A DNA stretch of 34,080 bases, taken from positions 1 to 34,080 of the IMG/VR virus record IMGVR_UViG_3300043407_000008, one strand, 5' to 3'. Source of the stretch: a virus. Lineage: Duplodnaviria > Caudoviricetes. This document shows positions 17,705-25,620 of this stretch, one piece after another (positions within the stretch are counted from its first letter, which is position 1; every line of letters starts with the position of its first letter). A program made the position numbers and the translations under genes. The notes under the pieces are model-generated. The model was not told where the DNA came from. It saw nothing but the letters and a program-made list of their open reading frames with translations, and did no database searches.

Positions 17705-17876
17705 ATGGATCATTCGTAATGAGCAAAACCGTGATGAGTTCTGGAGTAATGATTTTGGCTGGGCTGATTGGCAGTCCGCTACGCGCTTTCCGACAACCGA
17801 CTACCGCCTTCCCATCGGTGGTGAGTGGGTTGCAGACGTAACGAAAATACTAGCAATGGAGAATACAAATGCTTGA
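17686..17876 (+). repeat. 19-bp direct repeat GGAGAATACAAATGCTTGA (17686-17704 and 17858-17876)
   Basis: Exact copies, each containing an RBS, an ATG and the upstream gene's TGA. Confidence 0.9.
17697..17876 (+). CDS. Small Trp-rich protein (59 aa), absent from the ORF track
   Basis: MLEWIIRNEQNRDEFWSNDFGWADWQSATRFPTTDYRLPIGGEWVADVTKILAMENTNA; AAGGAG RBS; coupled to neighbours at both ends. Confidence 0.75.
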   Translation: MLEWIIRNEQNRDEFWSNDFGWADWQSATRFPTTDYRLPIGGEWVADVTKILAMENTNA

Positions 17877-18696
17877 CATGAGTATGGAAGCCTTCGCTTT
17901 CCCAACGGAAATCCAACCGATCTTTGATCGCTTTGGCAATGAGATTCCAAATCAGAAGTGCGTCATGCGCACCGATACCAACGCTGTGCTTGGTGTTCAT
18001 GGCTCACGTTATAGCATCGTCAAGCATGATGATGTGGTGAACAGCATGATGGATGCACTACGCGCAGCCAACGTCAGCCAAGATTACACTACCAAGTTCA
18101 GTGTCATTGAAGATGGGCGCAAGTTGCGTGGTGAAATCCTATTCAATGATCTCACTGTCCAGCCCAAGGTTGGTGACTACGTTAAGTTCCGCATCAGCTT
18201 CTTCAATTCATACGATGGTAGCTGGGCGTTCAGCCAATCGGCTGATGGCCTACGCTTGTTCTGCCTTAACGGCATGACACGCAGCGATGCGACAGCATAC
18301 AGCAAGTTCAAACACACGCAGTCCATCAACATAGATGGCTCTGCTGCTAAGATGATACTAGGTCTAGAGACTTTCATGCAGCAGCCAGCCCAATGGCAAG
18401 CATGGACTGACCATCAGATTGAGTATGATGCAGTCGAAACTTTCTTCAAGTCTACCATTGCCAAGTCGTTCACGCACCAGACCAAGGAGCGAACAAACGA
18501 AAAGCAATTGGAGAAGTTGCTGTCTATCTACAGTGATGAGGCAAGCAACCTAGGTCCCAACAAGTGGGCCTTGTATAACTGCTTGACCTACTGGGCTAGC
18601 CATACCTCTGACCTGAAGAACCCTGAAGTAACTCGTCGCAATCGTGAGGAAGCGATTGCCAAAGCAATGCAACACAAAATGTGGGAGATGATCTAA
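17869..18696 (+). CDS. DUF932 family protein (phage/plasmid)
   Basis: R.DTNAVLG...Y.IV, NSYDGS, RLFCLNG, FKHT and WALYNCLT.W..H signature motifs. Confidence 0.85.
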   Translation: MLDMSMEAFAFPTEIQPIFDRFGNEIPNQKCVMRTDTNAVLGVHGSRYSIVKHDDVVNSMMDALRAANVSQDYTTKFSVIEDGRKLRGEILFNDLTVQPKVGDYVKFRISFFNSYDGSWAFSQSADGLRLFCLNGMTRSDATAYSKFKHTQSINIDGSAAKMILGLETFMQQPAQWQAWTDHQIEYDAVETFFKSTIAKSFTHQTKERTNEKQLEKLLSIYSDEASNLGPNKWALYNCLTYWASHTSDLKNPEVTRRNREEAIAKAMQHKMWEMI

Positions 18697-18932
18697 TGTC
18701 CATCGAAATCTTAGTCATGAATGTCGTTAAGTATGAAACAAAAATTACATACTTCGATACTTTCAACATCCGCACAGTGCGCGTCACTGACAGGAAGGGC
18801 GCAGTCACCGAGTTCAAGATGTATCATCAGGATCATGATGTGCTTGAGAACAAGCCCGTTGAGTTCATTGACTATCGCAATCATCCAAACAAAGAGGGAA
18901 CCTTCCATGAAGATGTCGAAGCAACACTTTGA
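18696..18932 (+). CDS. Hypothetical protein
   Basis: ATG overlaps the DUF932 TAA; GGGAG upstream. Confidence 0.6.
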   Translation: MSIEILVMNVVKYETKITYFDTFNIRTVRVTDRKGAVTEFKMYHQDHDVLENKPVEFIDYRNHPNKEGTFHEDVEATL

Positions 18933-19110
18933 TTTCATTGCAGATACAGTAGGGCCAATGGTTGGTTGGCCCTCCCAACTGCATGATCTTGCTGACAAAC
19001 TCGCAGCATCTAACCCTCGCTTTGATCGCGAGAAGTTTCTGAACAGAGCAACCAATGCATGGGAAAAGAACTATGCACCAAAGGAGTTCGAGGATGAAAT
19101 CCCCTACTGA
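18907..19110 (+). CDS. Small early phage protein (NPRFD motif)
   Basis: GAGGG RBS; KQHFDFIAD...LAASNPRFDREKFL is a recurrent phage early-gene pattern. Confidence 0.7.
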   Translation: MKMSKQHFDFIADTVGPMVGWPSQLHDLADKLAASNPRFDREKFLNRATNAWEKNYAPKEFEDEIPY

Positions 19111-19309
19111 AAAACTAGCTAAGGTTTTCTGGACGCACACCATCAAGAAGCAATACACAGTCTGCGAAGATTGCGATGGCGCTGGAGAGATTGAGTATCT
19201 CTCTACGCAATGGCAATCACGCGCTGCTGGTGAACCCTACCTAGAATGGGGTGAATGCGAAACCTGTCATGGTCATGGTCATATCGAAACCGACTTGACT
19301 CAGGAATGA
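19094..19309 (+). CDS. DnaJ-type zinc-finger protein
   Basis: Two CxxCxGxG motifs (CEDCDGAG, CETCHGHG); AAGGAG RBS before ATG 19094. Confidence 0.75.
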   Translation: MKSPTEKLAKVFWTHTIKKQYTVCEDCDGAGEIEYLSTQWQSRAAGEPYLEWGECETCHGHGHIETDLTQE

Positions 19310-19330
19310 AATCGCTGCAACAGTGCAGCA
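19295..19330 (+). promoter_or_regulatory. Putative promoter with overlapping palindromic operator
   Basis: TTGACT at 19295-19300; GCTGCA-acag-TGCAGC at 19314-19329 covers the -10 region, immediately before ATG 19331. Confidence 0.55.
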
Positions 19331-19612
19331 ATGAAATCATATCTCATCATACTCACTGAGCAAGCCCAGCAAAAGGGCTTGACTCTCCTCCAAGCTTTCA
19401 AGGGCGCTGACATCCCGACATCCACCTACTACCGAGCGGTGAATGGTGTTACGGAACTGCGCCATGAAACAGCAGTGAAGGTAATGAACTCAATTGAAAA
19501 ACTTCACTCACTTCAGCAAGCCCGTAACTATACCGAATCACTACGAAGAACTGGTGAGAAGGTTAATCGACGCACGATCCGTGCGAAGTTTAAGCCAAGA
19601 AGTGTTGGCTGA
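19331..19612 (+). CDS. HTH transcriptional regulator (Cro/XRE-like)
   Basis: TLLQAFKGADIPTSTYYRAVNG helix-turn-helix pattern. Confidence 0.65.
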   Translation: MKSYLIILTEQAQQKGLTLLQAFKGADIPTSTYYRAVNGVTELRHETAVKVMNSIEKLHSLQQARNYTESLRRTGEKVNRRTIRAKFKPRSVG

Positions 19613-19742
19613 TAAGATAGGATGCACCGTCTCTCTCATTCACAAATGGGAAACGCACAAGCGAATACCCTCTGGCTTCATGCTGATGTGTTGGCTTGAT
19701 GCGCTCGACTACGAAATCGAAGTCAAGCAGCGGAACAATTGA
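19494..19742 (+). CDS. XRE-family HTH regulator
   Basis: LIDARSVRSLSQEVLADKIGCTVSLIHKWETHKRIPS is a canonical XRE/HTH_3 pattern. Confidence 0.85.
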   Translation: MKNFTHFSKPVTIPNHYEELVRRLIDARSVRSLSQEVLADKIGCTVSLIHKWETHKRIPSGFMLMCWLDALDYEIEVKQRNN

Positions 19743-20001
19743 ATGCGAGTTGTGTCGCAAGCGTGTTGAATATTTCGTAGCAATTCTAAAGACTTACACA
19801 AGCCATACCTTCCTTTGTCTCCCATGTTATGAGGAACAATGCCGAATAAGAATAAATCAAAAGGAACCTACCACGAAAAGTGGATGGTTGAATGGCTTAG
19901 AAAGCAAGGCATCCTCGCCAAGCGACAGCCCCTCTCAGGTGCGCTCGGCGGTGAATATCGTGGTGACATCCTCCTCAAACTCTTGGGACACAGACTGGTA
20001 G
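19696..20001 (+). CDS. Possible small zinc-finger protein
   Basis: CELC...CLPC pair in the non-overlapping part; the C-terminal half overlaps the resolvase gene. Confidence 0.45.
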   Translation: MMRSTTKSKSSSGTIECELCRKRVEYFVAILKTYTSHTFLCLPCYEEQCRIRINQKEPTTKSGWLNGLESKASSPSDSPSQVRSAVNIVVTSSSNSWDTDW

Positions 20002-20222
20002 GCGAGGTTAAGTATCGTGACCTGTCTGGATTCCCAAGCCCCTTCTCTGTCCTAGATAAACGGGACATTGCTTTTTACAAAAGACGGAGCGGAACTCCGC
20101 AAGTGGTTGTCATCATGTCTGGTGAAATCTTTAAACAACTAATGGAGAAACCAAATGAGCGAGTCACAGAACTTGATGGTTCTGGAATACCTGAAGAGTG
20201 GGAAGACATTGACCCCGATTGA
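19839..20222 (+). CDS. Holliday junction resolvase (Hjc-like PD-(D/E)xK)
   Basis: KSKGTYHE...RQPLSGA...GDI...GEVKYR motifs; GAGG RBS. Confidence 0.85.
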   Translation: MPNKNKSKGTYHEKWMVEWLRKQGILAKRQPLSGALGGEYRGDILLKLLGHRLVGEVKYRDLSGFPSPFSVLDKRDIAFYKRRSGTPQVVVIMSGEIFKQLMEKPNERVTELDGSGIPEEWEDIDPD

Positions 20223-20382
20223 TGCCCTTGATTTGTTTGGGTGCTTTCGATTGGCGGGCCGCATCTATGAACTGAAAGATGAGGGTTGGCCTATCCACTG
20301 TGAGCGTAAGCTAGTGCAGAGCGGCAAGCGCGTAGGTCACTACACCATGACGCAAGATCAAACATGGTGGCCCAATGCTTGA
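20155..20382 (+). CDS. Winged HTH protein (HTH_39-like)
   Basis: SQNLMVLEYLKSGKTLTPIDALDLFGCFRLAGRIYELKDEGWPI; AATGGAGA RBS. Confidence 0.8.
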   Translation: MSESQNLMVLEYLKSGKTLTPIDALDLFGCFRLAGRIYELKDEGWPIHCERKLVQSGKRVGHYTMTQDQTWWPNA

Positions 20383-20584
20383 TGTATCCAAACGTGCTGC
20401 TGGTTTGCTTGGCCTCATGCTTGAAGAGGCTGAGATAAACGAAGAAGTGATCTATCACGTTGGATACTATGCTGCTGGTCCGCATAAGAAAGATGCCTAC
20501 GAGTTGTATAAGCAGGGCAAATGCATCCTGTATCAGCGCAAGCGAGATGATGGACTGTTCCAATACATTGCTCAGAAGCGGTGA
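20375..20584 (+). CDS. Hypothetical phage protein
   Basis: Coupled ORF with IYHVGY...LYQRK...FQYIAQKR pattern. Confidence 0.7.
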   Translation: MLDVSKRAAGLLGLMLEEAEINEEVIYHVGYYAAGPHKKDAYELYKQGKCILYQRKRDDGLFQYIAQKR

Positions 20585-20587
20585 CGC

Positions 20588-20809
20588 ATGAGCGTTCAGC
20601 CCAGCACAAGAACACAAGACGAAGACCTTCTGTTAATCTTGAAGATGCGCAGAAGGCATGGCCCATTGGTTACTGCTGATGAACTCAACTTACCAACTGG
20701 TAAGGTGCGAGTAATCTGTAACCGCATACTGAATGACGATCTTAAATACAGCACGAAGGATAACATAGAAACCAAACAGCAAGTGCTGGCTAGCTACTGG
20801 AGAAAATAA
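20588..20809 (+). CDS. Hypothetical protein
   Basis: Tightly packed within the operon. Confidence 0.6.
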   Translation: MSVQPSTRTQDEDLLLILKMRRRHGPLVTADELNLPTGKVRVICNRILNDDLKYSTKDNIETKQQVLASYWRK

Positions 20810-20810
20810 A

Positions 20811-21020
20811 ATGAAACTACTCGCCATCCTACTCATCACATGGATCGACGGCTCTCAGTCTGGATACAAACTACCAGCCGACATGAAGTGCGGCGATCTA
20901 ATGGATGAAGCTATTGCCTTAGCTAAAGCCAATGACATGGAATACACTATGATGCGCTGCATCTATACAGATCAGGTCATCGTATCGCCACGGCCCATGC
21001 CAAGACCGAACAATTTATAA
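20811..21020 (+). CDS. Small exported/membrane protein
   Basis: GGAG RBS; hydrophobic N-terminus MKLLAILLITW; two Cys; Pro-rich tail SPRPMPRP. Confidence 0.65.
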   Translation: MKLLAILLITWIDGSQSGYKLPADMKCGDLMDEAIALAKANDMEYTMMRCIYTDQVIVSPRPMPRPNNL

Positions 21021-21120
21021 CGGACAGACACGGACATTTACTGGACATGTCCAGATTGTCCGTAGTCCAATGACCGGACGGACACGGACACACCCCTATA
21101 GGGGTGTCCTGTCTGTCCGG
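21020..21120. repeat. Iteron/palindrome cluster, candidate replication origin
   Basis: Many GGAC(A)/(T)GTCC units, with perfect palindromes CTGGACATGTCCAG (21041-21054) and ACACCCCTATAGGGGTGT (21090-21107). Confidence 0.7.
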
Positions 21121-21144
21121 ATGGATCACAAATGGAGAAACAGA

Positions 21145-21432
21145 ATGACAATGTATGACATGAGCCGAGAGATGATCCTTGATACAGCCAAGGAGTATGT
21201 CTCAACTGATCGAGCCAAAACACACGGCAGTATTGAACGGAACTTCGAACACATCGCAGCGGTATGGTCTGCGCGTTTGCGCATGAGCATCACCCCGCAT
21301 CAAGTTGCCATCATGCTGATTGATCTCAAGGCAGCACGAGCGTGGAACAATGAAGAACACGCTGACAACTGGATCGACATGGCTGGCTATGCTGCTTGCG
21401 GTGGAGAACTGAGTATCAAGTCACAACTATAA
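21145..21432 (+). CDS. DUF6378-like protein
   Basis: DRAKTHG...NFEHIAAVWS...VAIMLIDLKAAR...DNWIDMAGYAA signature; AATGGAGA RBS before ATG 21145. Confidence 0.8.
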   Translation: MTMYDMSREMILDTAKEYVSTDRAKTHGSIERNFEHIAAVWSARLRMSITPHQVAIMLIDLKAARAWNNEEHADNWIDMAGYAACGGELSIKSQL

Positions 21433-21443
21433 TGGAGAAAAAA

Positions 21444-21779
21444 ATGACCAAAGATAATCCTGTGGTTTACTTAAGCCAGCGGGCTACGCCTCGCCTCTTA
21501 GACTCACCACTCTTCCTTGCATTCTGGAACGCTTATCCTCGCCGCATAGGCAAGGGCGCGGCACGGGCTGCATTCGTTCGCGCCTTAGCCTTAGCGGATG
21601 GCAATGACATTGTTCAAGCAGCCATTGCCTACGCTGCCCACTGCATTGAGGCAAAGATTGAGCCTAAGTATATCCCGCATCCAACCACATGGCTGAACGC
21701 AGAGCGATGGGAAGATGATCTAGCTACAGAGGAAAACAAATCAACATCGGGGTGGGGCAATGTCTTCAATGAACTATGA
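21444..21779 (+). CDS. Replication initiator / replisome organizer C-terminal domain protein
   Basis: FLAFWNAYPRRIGKGAA...KYIPHPTTWLNAERWED motif; AATGGAGA RBS before ATG 21444. Confidence 0.8.
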   Translation: MTKDNPVVYLSQRATPRLLDSPLFLAFWNAYPRRIGKGAARAAFVRALALADGNDIVQAAIAYAAHCIEAKIEPKYIPHPTTWLNAERWEDDLATEENKSTSGWGNVFNEL

Positions 21780-22236
21780 CCAACGCATCAGTCACATCAC
21801 GAACTGGTTTCGAACTGACATAACAATCAGGTTCAACATGCCACGAGATGTTGATCCAAAGATTGCAGCGATGGATGTGATTGAAGCAATCAACGGCAAC
21901 TTACCTTCACCACTAACAGAAGAGCGGATCGGAACCCTCTTGGCCTCAATCACCAGAGAGGTTTCACGATCCGCCAAGAGCCGCACCCTGCCGACTGCTA
22001 AAGAGTTTGTTGATGCAGTCAGGTCATTGACGCAGAGCGGTCAAATAGCCACGCACAGCAGCGATAAAGAACCTTGGCGTGTAGACCCGCTACAGATTGC
22101 ACTCAAGCGCATACGCGCAGGAGAGGCGCTCTGTGAGTCTTGGCTGAAGGGCGGCAAGAGAGAGCAACTCCTTCGCCATATAAATGTTGGCGACCTTGAA
22201 CCTTATGACCTTTACATGGCTGCACATACGCAGTAA
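21760..22236 (+). CDS. Putative helicase loader (lambda P-like position)
   Basis: Directly follows the initiator gene; RTLPTAKEF resembles the P-[ST]-x-x-E-[FI] motif of phage loaders. Confidence 0.45.
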   Translation: MSSMNYDQRISHITNWFRTDITIRFNMPRDVDPKIAAMDVIEAINGNLPSPLTEERIGTLLASITREVSRSAKSRTLPTAKEFVDAVRSLTQSGQIATHSSDKEPWRVDPLQIALKRIRAGEALCESWLKGGKREQLLRHINVGDLEPYDLYMAAHTQ

Positions 22237-22267
22237 CATATCAACACCTAACAACTGGAGAACAACA

Positions 22268-23032
22268 ATGAACCGCAAAGGTTTCATCGGCGGATCGGAT
22301 TGCGTCCGCATCATGGAAGGCGATTGGCTAAGGCTTTGGCAAGTTAAGACAGGCCGAGTTGAGAGCGATGACCTAACCGATAACATTGCAGTGCAGCTTG
22401 GCATTCACACTGAAGGCTTCAACCTTGGTTGGTTTGAGAAGCAGCACGATTGCATCTTAGGCAAGCATCAGTATGAAGTTGAAATGCAGATTGGCATAGT
22501 TCCCGCCAAGGGAATTATAGATGCCATGTGGGAAGAGGCTATTGTTGAAGCCAAGCACACCAATGACCGCAACAATATGGAAGGCATGATTGAAAAGTAT
22601 ATGCCTCAGCTTCAGCTTTACTGCCACCTCAACAAAGCAAACGGCGCTTACCTATCCGTGATCTTTGGCAATGGAAGATGGGAGTCCAGCTATGTCTCGT
22701 ATAACTACAACTATTTCGATTCAATGTGGGCAGTGGTGTCGGACTTCTGGGGTTACGTTCTACGGGATGAAGAGCCTGTTGGTATCGACACGCCCCAAAT
22801 CAACACAGACAAGATTGCGGTGGACAGTATGGTCCGCAGAGATGCCAGCCAAGACAACGAGTTTATCAGCAGAGCCGTTGACTATCTTCAATACAAAGAT
22901 TCAGCCAAGCGGTTCGAAGATGCCAAGTCAGACCTGAAGCAAATGGTCGGGCCTAACGAACGCGAAGTCTACTGCGATATGCTCACGATCAAACGCTCGA
23001 AGAGCGGCTCACTCCTATTCACGGTGCGATAA
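22268..23032 (+). CDS. YqaJ / lambda exonuclease-like recombination nuclease
   Basis: RKGFIGGSD, QLGIHTE, IDA...IVEAKH and YMPQLQLY motifs; GGAG RBS before ATG 22268. Confidence 0.9.
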   Translation: MNRKGFIGGSDCVRIMEGDWLRLWQVKTGRVESDDLTDNIAVQLGIHTEGFNLGWFEKQHDCILGKHQYEVEMQIGIVPAKGIIDAMWEEAIVEAKHTNDRNNMEGMIEKYMPQLQLYCHLNKANGAYLSVIFGNGRWESSYVSYNYNYFDSMWAVVSDFWGYVLRDEEPVGIDTPQINTDKIAVDSMVRRDASQDNEFISRAVDYLQYKDSAKRFEDAKSDLKQMVGPNEREVYCDMLTIKRSKSGSLLFTVR

Positions 23033-23487
23033 TGGATAAGAACTTAGAACTCTGGAACTCAGTATGTAAATCTGATCCCAAGTATCTGAAGAAAGTTTCG
23101 CTAGGTGCGCGTAGCTTTACTTCGATTGACCCTCAGTATCAGGTCATGTCAGCAACAAGAGCCTTTGGTCCAGTGGGTCAGGGCTGGGGTTGGTATGCCA
23201 AGACCCACTTCATTAACCTAGCCAATGGCGATACGGCTGTTGTCTCTGAAGTAGAGATATGGACCAAAGAACAAGGCAATCGCTTTGGCCCATTTCCTGG
23301 GTGTCGCAAGTTTTTTGATGCAACAAAAGGAAGGATGAACGAAGACGCGCCGAAAATGTCAGTGACCGATGGCCTGACAAAAGCCTTGTCACACTTAGGC
23401 TTCAATGCCGATGTGTTCCTTGGCGAGATGGACGGCAACAAATACGCAGCAGACTCAGGAAAGCCCGCAAGTGAAGGCGGTTGGTAA
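23032..23487 (+). CDS. Single-strand annealing protein (Rad52/Sak-like)
   Basis: FTSIDPQYQ...FGPVGQGWG...APKMSVTDGLTKALSHLGFNADVF; located between the exonuclease and SSB genes. Confidence 0.78.
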   Translation: MDKNLELWNSVCKSDPKYLKKVSLGARSFTSIDPQYQVMSATRAFGPVGQGWGWYAKTHFINLANGDTAVVSEVEIWTKEQGNRFGPFPGCRKFFDATKGRMNEDAPKMSVTDGLTKALSHLGFNADVFLGEMDGNKYAADSGKPASEGGW

Positions 23488-23509
23488 TCTAATCAAAGGA
23501 GCCAGAAGC

Positions 23510-23893
23510 ATGGCAGAGACTTACGATAATTTGGATAAAGGCGCAGCCTTTAAGCCATTCGATACCCAGAAGTTGATCCTTCAAGGCAAGGTCAACAGCA
23601 ATGGCAATGACCGCAAGATTGTTCTGATTAAAGATCAGACCAAGGCGGGCAAAGCCATCATTGAAGTGTTCGAGAAAGTGGGCACTCTCTTTGTCAATGA
23701 GAAGAAAGAAGCAGAGGCAGCGCCAGACTACACTGGTCCAGTATGGGAGCGCCGCATTGCAGCATGGAAGCGCATGAAGGATGGCAATCCATACATGACC
23801 TTTGCTGTCTCAGATGCACGGGACAAAGAGGAAGCCAAGCCAGCAGCAGCCAAGCATCGCAATGATCTTGACGATGATCTAGTGCCGTTCTAA
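23510..23893 (+). CDS. Single-stranded DNA-binding protein
   Basis: GTLFVN...APDYTG...IAAW motif and acidic SSB-like tail DDDLVPF; AAGGAG RBS before ATG 23510. Confidence 0.75.
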   Translation: MAETYDNLDKGAAFKPFDTQKLILQGKVNSNGNDRKIVLIKDQTKAGKAIIEVFEKVGTLFVNEKKEAEAAPDYTGPVWERRIAAWKRMKDGNPYMTFAVSDARDKEEAKPAAAKHRNDLDDDLVPF

Positions 23894-23932
23894 GGTAGGG
23901 CACTTCTCCATGTTGGTTACTGCCAATGAACT

Positions 23933-23962
23933 GCCAGAGCTTAATTGCTCTGGCTTTTTTTT
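23933..23962 (+). terminator. Rho-independent terminator
   Basis: GCCAGAGC-TTAATT-GCTCTGGC followed by a run of 8 T. Confidence 0.85.
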
Positions 23963-23975
23963 AACAGGAGACAGG

Positions 23976-24311
23976 ATGAATATCTCCCATAGAAACATGA
24001 TCCTCAAAGCAAACAACTATGATGTGCGCGTAGTGATCAAAGAGTTTGCAGAACTGGCTGAGGTAGAGCCAGAGAACTTCCTTAAGCGAGACAAGTCACA
24101 GCCAATTGCTGATTGGCGACACGTTCTAATCTTCAGCCTTAAGCTACACACTGGATTATCTTATCCAAAAATTGGCTTGATAATGAAACGAGATCATTCA
24201 ACCATTGTTCACGCAGTAAAGATGGGTGAGAAAATCGTAAAGGAAAACCCGTTTCTTTATGAAGTCATAGAGAAGGTCTTTGATAAGGCAGAGTGGGCTG
24301 AGATAGACTAG
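23976..24311 (+). CDS. DnaA C-terminal (domain IV) HTH protein
   Basis: RHVLIFSLKLHTGLSYPKIGLIMKRDHSTIVHAV matches the Bac_DnaA_C signature; AGGAG RBS before ATG 23976. Confidence 0.85.
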   Translation: MNISHRNMILKANNYDVRVVIKEFAELAEVEPENFLKRDKSQPIADWRHVLIFSLKLHTGLSYPKIGLIMKRDHSTIVHAVKMGEKIVKENPFLYEVIEKVFDKAEWAEID

Positions 24312-25426
24312 ATACCAGCGGTATATCGCATGACCTCGCCGCGCTCCCGATGAACAGTCACGCACTTCATGGTTGATCTGCCAGTGTATCCAAAGCCAGC
24401 AGCCGCCGCATCGCGGGTAGTAATAGCGCGATGCGATTCCCAAAAGATACCACCAATGTCCTTGGAACTATCTTGGTGAATGTGACCTGTATCTAGATAA
24501 CGCCAATATGTCCTACCCCACATCGGAGCATGAACATCAGCCACTTGCATTGCAAGGCGCTCTGGCTTGGTCTTATCCCCATGATGTGCAGCCAAAAGGT
24601 TGCGTCCAAATTCCATGACCCACATTTTAGCTGGGTTCCAATGCACAGTAACGCGCTCGTCTTCTTCGTAGCGCATGAGCAATGCGATTGCTAACATAGG
24701 CGTAAAGTCAGGGTCGTGATTGCCAGCCAATACAACAACTTCAATATGCTTGTGCTTTGCTTTCGCGGCCTCAATCATCGCAACGTGCGCTCGGACCGCA
24801 GCCAGTGCCGTCTCTGCAAAGCGCCCACCAACATCTAAGATGTGGCTGCTGGTCGGCGTCATGTTCTTGCTGTCATTCTGATGGAGCGTGTCTCCCAAGT
24901 TCAAAATAATTGCACGATCAGTGTAAGGAGCAGCATTGATTAGCATTGAAGATGCTTCACTCATGCGTTGTGCGGCGATTTCAATGCTATACTCCGCACC
25001 CGTCTCGTCTTTCCACGCCCTCATGCCAAAATGCACATCGGCAATTAAGTAACGAGGCAAGAGATCATGGGAAACATTGTCTGGTGTTGGAGCAACAAGA
25101 GGCTGGGGAACGGAGCCAAGGGCTTCTTTAAATAACTCAGCCCAAGTTGCTAGATCATCCTTAAGGCTTTCTGCCTTCCAAAATACACTGTCCCATGATC
25201 CTGTTTCTTTGTTCTGAACACGCCGCCAACCATGCTTGCCTGTCTCAAGAGATAGACCAGTGCTTTCTAATGCCTCAACAATACCTTCATCTGAGTTTAA
25301 CCAAGCCTCGGCTAAGGCATAAGCACGACGAACATAGGCTTTGTCGATCTGCAATTCCTTAGCAGCAGCAGTCTTACTTCCAAGACGTTTGACTACTTCG
25401 TATATCTCACGCTGACGAGGTGTCAT
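24308..25426 (-). CDS. Calcineurin-like metallophosphoesterase with N-terminal HTH
   Basis: DVHFG, NLGD, GNHD, HHGD and GHIH motifs; N-terminal SKTAAAKELQID. Confidence 0.85.
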   Translation of the reverse strand: MTPRQREIYEVVKRLGSKTAAAKELQIDKAYVRRAYALAEAWLNSDEGIVEALESTGLSLETGKHGWRRVQNKETGSWDSVFWKAESLKDDLATWAELFKEALGSVPQPLVAPTPDNVSHDLLPRYLIADVHFGMRAWKDETGAEYSIEIAAQRMSEASSMLINAAPYTDRAIILNLGDTLHQNDSKNMTPTSSHILDVGGRFAETALAAVRAHVAMIEAAKAKHKHIEVVVLAGNHDPDFTPMLAIALLMRYEEDERVTVHWNPAKMWVMEFGRNLLAAHHGDKTKPERLAMQVADVHAPMWGRTYWRYLDTGHIHQDSSKDIGGIFWESHRAITTRDAAAAGFGYTGRSTMKCVTVHRERGEVMRYTAGI

Positions 25427-25620
25427 TTACTACACCCAGCATCAATCTGTTGAATTAGTAACGCGCCCGTAACCAAGGAGAGTGGGCCACCATCCGCCGC
25501 CAGCGCCTCAGCATGGGATGTCCTGCTTTGCGCCGTGCCATTACAGATTGCGCTGTCGTTCAGCCCTGCGGCGCAGCCACTCAGCAGCAGCATCGGGATC
25601 AGGTATAGGCTCAACCGCAT
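25423..25620 (-). CDS. o-spanin (Rz1-like lipoprotein)
   Basis: MRLSLYLIPMLLLSG-C lipobox; overlaps the 3' end of the i-spanin gene. Confidence 0.75.
   Translation of the reverse strand: MRLSLYLIPMLLLSGCAAGLNDSAICNGTAQSRTSHAEALAADGGPLSLVTGALLIQQIDAGCSK

Noticed and set aside
21020-21120. CRISPR array
   Set aside because: The units are 4-7 bp, irregular and in both orientations, with no constant repeat-spacer period and no cas genes.
24161-24169. DnaA-box-like TTATCCAAA inside the DnaA domain-IV gene
   Set aside because: A single imperfect 9-mer within coding sequence is expected by chance.
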